Origin: a virus
IMG/VR virus record: IMGVR_UViG_3300023281_001622
Coordinates: 1 to 64,000 of that record
Length of the DNA stretch: 64,000 nt
Direction: 5' to 3' (one strand)
Within the stretch, counting starts at the first letter, position 1. Each line of letters starts with the position of its first letter. The notes beneath the pieces are model-generated. The model worked only from the letters and a program-made list of their open reading frames with translations, was not told the origin of the DNA and made no database searches. Below, in pieces: positions 58,046 through 64,000 of the stretch. Both the position numbers and the translations under genes were made by a program.

Positions 58046-59272
58046 ATGGACAACGACGACATAACTAACGACCAGACCGAAGAGCCAGCAGGCTTGCTAG
58101 AACGCTTTGACGAGCTGTTTGAAGAAGGAGGTGTGCCCAAGAACGGCACAGCTGAAGTTTTATCTGGAGACGACATGTCTATGGATGAGCCCACTAAAGA
58201 AAAACCCGTACAGGAAAGCGTACAGGAAGACGCTGAGGAAGCCACATCGAATGATGAGCAGGAAGATGCAGAGGATGACGCTACTACTGAATCTGATGAG
58301 TCTGCCAGCACTGATGTTGACGAGGCTGAAGAAACAGGTGATGTTTTTGATAAGGAAACTCAGGACAAGATTACTGATATGGAGAACGATCCACATCCAG
58401 GCATCAAGTTTGCTGAATTACGTCAACAGCTTAAGGAGAAAGAGCAAGAGTTGGCTACAATTAAGAGTGAAGGAGTGAATACTGACGAGATGCAGCAGTT
58501 TAAGTTGAAAGCTGAGAAGTCAGACCAACTTGAGTCACGATTAAAGGACTTAGAGTCTCGATTAAGTGTAGTTGATTTTGAAAGCACTCCAGAGTTTGCG
58601 CGACAGGTGCTCGAGCCATTTGAAGAGGTGGCTGTTCTTAGCGAAACAATAGAGAAGGCTAATAGCTTGGATAAAGATGCTATTCTCAACGCTGTAGTGA
58701 ACACTGACGAGGCTGGGCAGAGTGCTGCTATTGAGCGTATTGTTGAAGAACACAACTTGAGCCGAAGAGATGAGACTAGAGTGTATAAAATGGCTGATAA
58801 GGTGTTGCACATCAACGCCAAGCGAGACAACCTAGAGCGACAGGCTACAGAACGTCTGGCAGAGCTTAAGCAGATGGAGGTGACTCAAGAGGCACAAACT
58901 ATGGAGCAACAACGCTCACGGTTACGTGAATCAGTGAAGTCCACTTTCGAGCGTTATGAGGGCAGGCTTCCTGGGTTTGTTACAGATGACGGCAAGCCTA
59001 ATGAAGCATGGACTAAGATGCAATCTGAAGCACTAGACGTTGATCTCAGTGACTACGATGATCAGGCGCATGCTATTTTTGCCGCCAATGCTTTACCTAG
59101 TGTGCTCGAGCAAGTGAGTAGTTTGTCGAAGGAACTGAAAGAGAAGAACTTGCTTCTTTCACGAATGACAAATGCTAAGCCTAAGGTGAGCACACCATCT
59201 TCTCCAACACAGAAGAGTGACTCAAATGATTCTGACACCTTTATGGACAGGCTAGCTAAGTTTGAATTCTAG
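58046..59272 (+). CDS. Capsid scaffolding protein
   Basis: Acidic disordered N-terminus and long coiled coils, immediately upstream of the capsid gene. Confidence 0.72.
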   Translation: MDNDDITNDQTEEPAGLLERFDELFEEGGVPKNGTAEVLSGDDMSMDEPTKEKPVQESVQEDAEEATSNDEQEDAEDDATTESDESASTDVDEAEETGDVFDKETQDKITDMENDPHPGIKFAELRQQLKEKEQELATIKSEGVNTDEMQQFKLKAEKSDQLESRLKDLESRLSVVDFESTPEFARQVLEPFEEVAVLSETIEKANSLDKDAILNAVVNTDEAGQSAAIERIVEEHNLSRRDETRVYKMADKVLHINAKRDNLERQATERLAELKQMEVTQEAQTMEQQRSRLRESVKSTFERYEGRLPGFVTDDGKPNEAWTKMQSEALDVDLSDYDDQAHAIFAANALPSVLEQVSSLSKELKEKNLLLSRMTNAKPKVSTPSSPTQKSDSNDSDTFMDRLAKFEF

Positions 59273-59292
59273 GATTTGATTAGTGTTGATAT

Positions 59293-59338
59293 AAAAGGCG
59301 TGCGTAGGTTTCTATTGTTTTCTGCGTGCGCCTTTTTT
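59293..59338 (+). terminator. Rho-independent terminator
   Basis: AAAAGGCGTGCG...CGTGCGCCTTTTTT. Confidence 0.7.
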
Positions 59339-59355
59339 GCTGGTTTTCACCAAAC

Positions 59356-59384
59356 TTGACAAAACCTAAAACATATGTTATAAG
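59356..59384 (+). promoter_or_regulatory. Sigma70-type promoter TTGACA-N17-TATAAG for the capsid gene
   Basis: Near-consensus -35/-10 with TG extension. Confidence 0.7.
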
Positions 59385-59541
59385 ATAGGCGAACTTCTTT
59401 GCAATAGTTCTCAATCTTTCTGCAACGCTTTGCTCAGTAGCGTTATTTCTGCTCTAAAACGTATTACTTCATGTTGATGCATATCATTTGTATCAGCGAA
59501 CTAACGCGCCTTAGAGCGCACAAATATAACATTACAATAAA

Positions 59542-60750
59542 ATGGCAAACCTACTAGCTAACTTCATGCAAGAAGAAGCAAGCCGTCTCGCTGGAGACAT
59601 TGATCGCAAGATCACCAAGTTTTCACCTTACCTTTCACAGGTTCCGAAGAAAGCTTGGCCTGACCGCATGGGTCACACAATTACCAACGTCGTTTGGGAT
59701 CGTTCCTTCCCCGCATCTGAGAATGCATGGCAGGATATCGTTACTGCTGATGGAAACAACAACGTATGTCTGCCACCAGCAGACCTTGTTGAGTTCACAC
59801 AGACCACATATAACACAAGCCTTGCTACCAAGCATGTCAAGAGTCCTCAGTTCTGTATTGATGACTTGAAGGTTAAGTGGAAAGCTGTCGAGCAGATGGG
59901 TAACATCACTCGTATTCTTGGCGACGTCGTTAAGAAGTATGAGAGTGAGCGTGCACGTCTGAACTACCAAGCTCGTTGCGACCAAAAAGTTGTCGCTGAT
60001 GCATCTCTTACATCTACTGATCAATCCTCACTTATTACATCAGCTACTGATGGAGGTATTGTTGGTGATGCTAAGTTTGCTGACAGTGACGCAGTGAGTA
60101 TCGCAACACACGGCATCCTTGATTACTTCCACAGCTACCTCGATCGTGAGGGCGCTGGTGAGCACGCTGCTGCTCAAGACGGAGGTGGTTACATCTACAA
60201 GCTGATTACATCTGCTGAGCACTCACAGTGGTTACGCAAGTCTGACTCTTCTGTAAGAACTGACTTCCGTGAGTCTTCTTCTGCTGATGTTCTTCTCAAG
60301 GGATTGGGTATTACCCACACCTACAACGGATATGCACACATCATTGACCCAGTGCCACGTCGCTTTAAGCGTAACGCTGCTCTGGTTGAGAACAATGGTT
60401 GGGAAGAAGTTCCCGCATATGTTGACGCAGGTAATGGAAGCTGGATTCAAAACCCAGAGTATCGCACAGCTCCTTACGAGGATCTCGTGATTTACATCTC
60501 TTCTGTGATGGACTGCATGGTTCCCGTTCCAGAAAGCTCCATTGGGGACGCTAAGTTTAAGTCACAGAACTATCGTGGTGACTTCCGCTTCTTGAACATC
60601 CTTCACGAAGACGACAACCCACTTGGTAACCTTGGCCGTTTCTACGGACGACTTACCAACGGATTTAAGACCCGCCATCCTGAGTATGGCATCACAATCC
60701 GTCATCAGCGTGCTCCACTTGAGTTGGATCTCGTTGACGTTACCGCCTAA
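59542..60750 (+). CDS. Major capsid protein
   Basis: 402 aa after the scaffold, with its own promoter and downstream hairpin and biased codon usage. Confidence 0.75.
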   Translation: MANLLANFMQEEASRLAGDIDRKITKFSPYLSQVPKKAWPDRMGHTITNVVWDRSFPASENAWQDIVTADGNNNVCLPPADLVEFTQTTYNTSLATKHVKSPQFCIDDLKVKWKAVEQMGNITRILGDVVKKYESERARLNYQARCDQKVVADASLTSTDQSSLITSATDGGIVGDAKFADSDAVSIATHGILDYFHSYLDREGAGEHAAAQDGGGYIYKLITSAEHSQWLRKSDSSVRTDFRESSSADVLLKGLGITHTYNGYAHIIDPVPRRFKRNAALVENNGWEEVPAYVDAGNGSWIQNPEYRTAPYEDLVIYISSVMDCMVPVPESSIGDAKFKSQNYRGDFRFLNILHEDDNPLGNLGRFYGRLTNGFKTRHPEYGITIRHQRAPLELDLVDVTA

Positions 60751-60758
60751 CCTAAACC

Positions 60759-60798
60759 GCCAACCTGTCAGAACGCCTGGCAGGTTGGCATATCTTTT
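60759..60798 (+). terminator. Hairpin after the capsid gene
   Basis: GCCAACCTG...CAGGTTGGC followed by ATATCTTTT. Confidence 0.55.
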
Positions 60799-60860
60799 CC
60801 CGCGTTGTTCATGGGCGCTCCTCGTCTTTGTTTATCAGGGGCGGGGAGCAATTATACATA

Positions 60861-61661
60861 ATGAAAAATTTTACACTTACAGAGAGCAGTCCAGTTTACA
60901 CGTTGTATCAAAACCAACGTTTTTTATCAGTTACAGTTAGCGGTTCTGCGTTTGGAGATAGACAGCTGTTAATCGAAGAGAGAGATAATACCGGCACATG
61001 GAGTTTAGCACATGGAGCTCCTATTATAGCTTCTGATCACGATGGCTTTACAATAGCATCAAAGGTGGTTGGACAGCGTTTACGATTTAAGGCCATTGGC
61101 ACAGGGTCATGCAATATTGTTATTACAACTAATGAAACAACTGCGATAACAAATCAATTCATTTCAACAGGAGGTGGTGGCTCTGCCATTGAAGCAGAGC
61201 AACAGGAAGCAAGGGATTATTTAGAAGGAGAATTGTTTTACTTTGGAGGTTTGCTTTGGAGAGTGTCAGCTGATGCTCCAGAGGGGGAAACACCTACGAC
61301 TAATCCAGAAAAGTTCGAACTGATTGGTGGTGAAAACATAGAACCACAAACAGCAACTCTTACTGCTGGTGTTATTGCTTATGATGTAAGTAGTGGATCT
61401 AATGCTACGTTGCTTTTAGACGCTGACGCCACAGCGCTCACTTTAACTAATGCATCAACAGGCGACAGTGGTCTCATCGAGATTACACAAGACGCAACTG
61501 GCGGCCATGTAGTAAATCTTACTGCTGGTGAATTAGTTTTAGCGGGCGATCTTGCTGATTTAGCCGCCATTACACCAACAACAGGAGTGGCCACTTTGGG
61601 GTGGTATAAACATGATAACGGAGCAAACGATGTTTATTTATATGTTAGCTCAGCAACTTAA
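60861..61661 (+). CDS. Putative virion fibre/decoration protein
   Basis: Beta-rich modules; C-terminal G...ITQDATGG segment typical of phage fibre modules. Confidence 0.5.
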   Translation: MKNFTLTESSPVYTLYQNQRFLSVTVSGSAFGDRQLLIEERDNTGTWSLAHGAPIIASDHDGFTIASKVVGQRLRFKAIGTGSCNIVITTNETTAITNQFISTGGGGSAIEAEQQEARDYLEGELFYFGGLLWRVSADAPEGETPTTNPEKFELIGGENIEPQTATLTAGVIAYDVSSGSNATLLLDADATALTLTNASTGDSGLIEITQDATGGHVVNLTAGELVLAGDLADLAAITPTTGVATLGWYKHDNGANDVYLYVSSAT

Positions 61662-61673
61662 TTACAACTCAAC

Positions 61674-62171
61674 ATGAAATATAGATTAATACTTACAGAA
61701 GAACTGAAGCTAGCCTTTAAACCAGTTGGAGGCTTGCCCTTGTCTATCACTCGTGACACTCCCCCGCCAGTAACACCTAGCGGTTATGCTTATGTTGAAG
61801 ATGAGGCACAACCTACTGATGAACTAGGTGTAGGTATGATGTGGTCTAGATTGCTGACAGACACAAGATACGGGTGGGTTCAAGTTGAAACAGTAGATGC
61901 CGAAGCGGAATGGTTGGAGCTTCCCGCATGGCGTATACGTGCAGTTGCTAAACTCACTCCCTTTGGTGATGGCACTCTCATGGATGGTGTCGATGCTGCT
62001 ATTGCTGGGATTACAGACCCTCAAGAGAAGGCTATTGCTGAGGAGGTGTTTTACCACGGCAATACACTGAGACGTGATTCAACACTGCTTGTTACAATGG
62101 CTGCTGGCTTGGGCGTATCGGACGAAGACTTGGACACCTTGTTTGAGACAGCATTTGCTATTGAAGTGTGA
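61674..62171 (+). CDS. Putative fibre assembly/chaperone protein
   Basis: C-terminal R.S.L...LG......D.LF..A motif. Confidence 0.5.
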   Translation: MKYRLILTEELKLAFKPVGGLPLSITRDTPPPVTPSGYAYVEDEAQPTDELGVGMMWSRLLTDTRYGWVQVETVDAEAEWLELPAWRIRAVAKLTPFGDGTLMDGVDAAIAGITDPQEKAIAEEVFYHGNTLRRDSTLLVTMAAGLGVSDEDLDTLFETAFAIEV

Positions 62172-63325
62172 GCTTAAAATTTCCAATATCATTACTGGGT
62201 AAAAGAGGTGGTGAAGCATCTCTTTGCCAGTATAATGGGTCTTGTGACATACCTGACCCAGCTACAACTTATATCTTCAATGCTTCGTGTGGGGTTATAA
62301 AGTCATCTGCTGCGACAGGCTTACCGCAGAACTGGGCGAATGGCGGTTATATTGGGACGAATGTAGTATACACTATTCATATAGGCACAAACCTAACTAC
62401 ATGGGGTAATAGTTTATTTAGAGCAAACCCTCAGATAGAAGAGGTTTATGTGCCTCCAACGTCCACTGCTTGTGGCATCTATGCTTTTTACGATTGTTCA
62501 TCACTACACACTGTAACTTTTGGTGGTAGTTATCATGCTTTTGGTGCTTATAGCTTTAGATACTGTAACAATTTAACAACAGCAAACTTTTGCAGTCCGT
62601 CTCCTGTTGGCGGTATAACTGGTGGTAGTTATGGAACATTTGCTGATTGTCCAAACTTAACTGAAATACATGTTCCAGAAAACGGATGGGCTGGTATTAC
62701 TACGAAGTATGATAGAACTATTGTGCGTGACTTGCCTCCTGCTGAGATACTACCAGAAAACACATACGCATTCGATGCTAGTGATAATGTTTACAAGATG
62801 GTAACTGGAAACATCCCTAATAATTTTGCCCGTTACGTCAACCCTGTAAGCTCAATTCAAATAGGAACTAATGCTGCATATATAGGGAGTGCAGCATTTA
62901 GGGGTCATGATTGTTCTGAGATAAATATACCTTCCAACATTACAGGCATTGGTAATGATGCTTTTTTCCAAGGTTCACAAACAAATGTAGCTCTCAACTT
63001 TAGCGAGGGTTTACAGACGATTGGAGGTAGTGCGTTTCAAACCACACGATACGCAGGAGACATTTTCCTGCCTACTTCTCTAACCAGTGTAGCTAACGTA
63101 GCTTTCTCTAAAATCAACGGAGACAGCACAGTGAGGGATTACTACATAAACTCACCAGCAAGCATATTCACTGGCGCACAGGTTTTCAATTACCACAAAG
63201 TGACAGATACAATTTACGTCCATGCTGATTACCTGTCGCAATATGATGCAACATGGAAGACAGCACAAGCACCAGCGGGTATTACTATTGCTGAGTGGAC
63301 ATCATACCCAGATCCAATGCCATGA
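62168..63325 (+). CDS. BspA-type leucine-rich-repeat (LRR_5) adhesin
   Basis: Repeats of IPSNITGIGNDAF / EGLQTIGGSAF / AFYDCSSL type. Confidence 0.8.
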   Translation: MSLKFPISLLGKRGGEASLCQYNGSCDIPDPATTYIFNASCGVIKSSAATGLPQNWANGGYIGTNVVYTIHIGTNLTTWGNSLFRANPQIEEVYVPPTSTACGIYAFYDCSSLHTVTFGGSYHAFGAYSFRYCNNLTTANFCSPSPVGGITGGSYGTFADCPNLTEIHVPENGWAGITTKYDRTIVRDLPPAEILPENTYAFDASDNVYKMVTGNIPNNFARYVNPVSSIQIGTNAAYIGSAAFRGHDCSEINIPSNITGIGNDAFFQGSQTNVALNFSEGLQTIGGSAFQTTRYAGDIFLPTSLTSVANVAFSKINGDSTVRDYYINSPASIFTGAQVFNYHKVTDTIYVHADYLSQYDATWKTAQAPAGITIAEWTSYPDPMP

Positions 63326-64000
63326 GTTTAAAGTTTCCAATATCATTAACAGGTAAAAGAGGTGGTGATATACCAGACAGTATTACTTTGATGCCTGTGT
63401 ATTATGCTGATCTTGATGATGCTACTGGCACTACACAAATCGGTCCGACAAACCTAGCTCCAGTTACATCTAGTGGAACAGGCACCGTAACAGCCAATCC
63501 TACTGGTGCGCCAGATGGACAGGGTTCTTCAGTAGTTAGCGCAACCGCAGGATTCACCCGTGGTGGTTATGCTAGTACATTAAACATGGCTAATATTAAT
63601 GCATACTCTGTTAGCTGTTGGTTCAAAGCTGATCAAGTTTTAGGTTCTGGAGCTACAAAAGGACAGCGAGTAGCATATTGGGGTAAGATAAATGAGGAAA
63701 ACTTTCAGTTTCTAGCTGGCAACTCTACTGGTGACATATTGTCTTATAGCCCTAGAAAAACCAACCCAGACATTACAGCTGGATCTTTACAAGCAGGAGA
63801 ATGGTATCACGTTGTAGCAACATGGGACTATACTGAATATAAATTTTATGTGAATGGTGTTTTGATAGACACAAAACCAACAACCATTAATAGCCTATGG
63901 TTGGGTAGTGGAGCTTTATGGATTGGTCGTGACGTTTATAATGACTCTAGATATAATTTCGCGGGAGAGGTGGCGATGTTTGGGTTGTGGAGAGAGGTTA
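63322..64000 (+). CDS. LamG/ConA-like lectin-domain adhesin, 3'-truncated (absent from the ORF track)
   Basis: Translates MSLKFPISLTGKRGG...YSVSCWFK...GEWYHVVATWDYTEYKFYVNG; runs off the window. Confidence 0.8.
   Translation, partial: MSLKFPISLTGKRGGDIPDSITLMPVYYADLDDATGTTQIGPTNLAPVTSSGTGTVTANPTGAPDGQGSSVVSATAGFTRGGYASTLNMANINAYSVSCWFKADQVLGSGATKGQRVAYWGKINEENFQFLAGNSTGDILSYSPRKTNPDITAGSLQAGEWYHVVATWDYTEYKFYVNGVLIDTKPTTINSLWLGSGALWIGRDVYNDSRYNFAGEVAMFGLWREV

Larger units (their letters stand above)
1..64000. mobile_element. Tailed dsDNA bacteriophage genome segment (podovirus-like layout, integrase-encoding)
   Basis: Terminase-portal-scaffold-capsid block, primase-helicase, integrase with attP, dense small ORFs and no host housekeeping genes. 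Confidence 0.95.

Overview
This window is most of a tailed dsDNA bacteriophage genome with a podovirus-like layout. It is probably temperate and seen in its non-integrated form, because an intact attP has phage sequence on both sides. The + strand carries the late genes: metallophosphoesterase, large terminase, portal, scaffold, capsid and LRR/LamG adhesins (50.4-64 kb). It continues at 1-24.7 kb with a Ser/Gly/Cys-rich protein, an eight-gene glycan-modification cluster, putative internal virion proteins and a 4321-aa giant protein. Next come an attP core matching the 3' end of a tRNA-Ala and a tyrosine integrase. The - strand (49.9 to 26 kb) carries early/middle genes: T7-like primase-helicase, SSB-like protein, PD-(D/E)XK and HNH nucleases, a cytosine methylase-like protein and many small ORFs. 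The most striking system is an apparently complete phage-encoded ubiquitin-like conjugation operon at 39.8-43.5 kb (76-aa Ubl, E2-like, ThiF/E1, JAB peptidase), preceded by a structured leader. Other highlights are a sulfated/fucosylated glycan pathway next to a Ser-rich protein, a candidate double-pseudoknot ncRNA at 28.2-28.5 kb, adhesins sharing an N-terminal peptide, and two counter-oriented Cys-rich paralogs. All product calls come from motifs read by eye; no database search was run. A Verrucomicrobiota (PVC) host is inferred, not shown.
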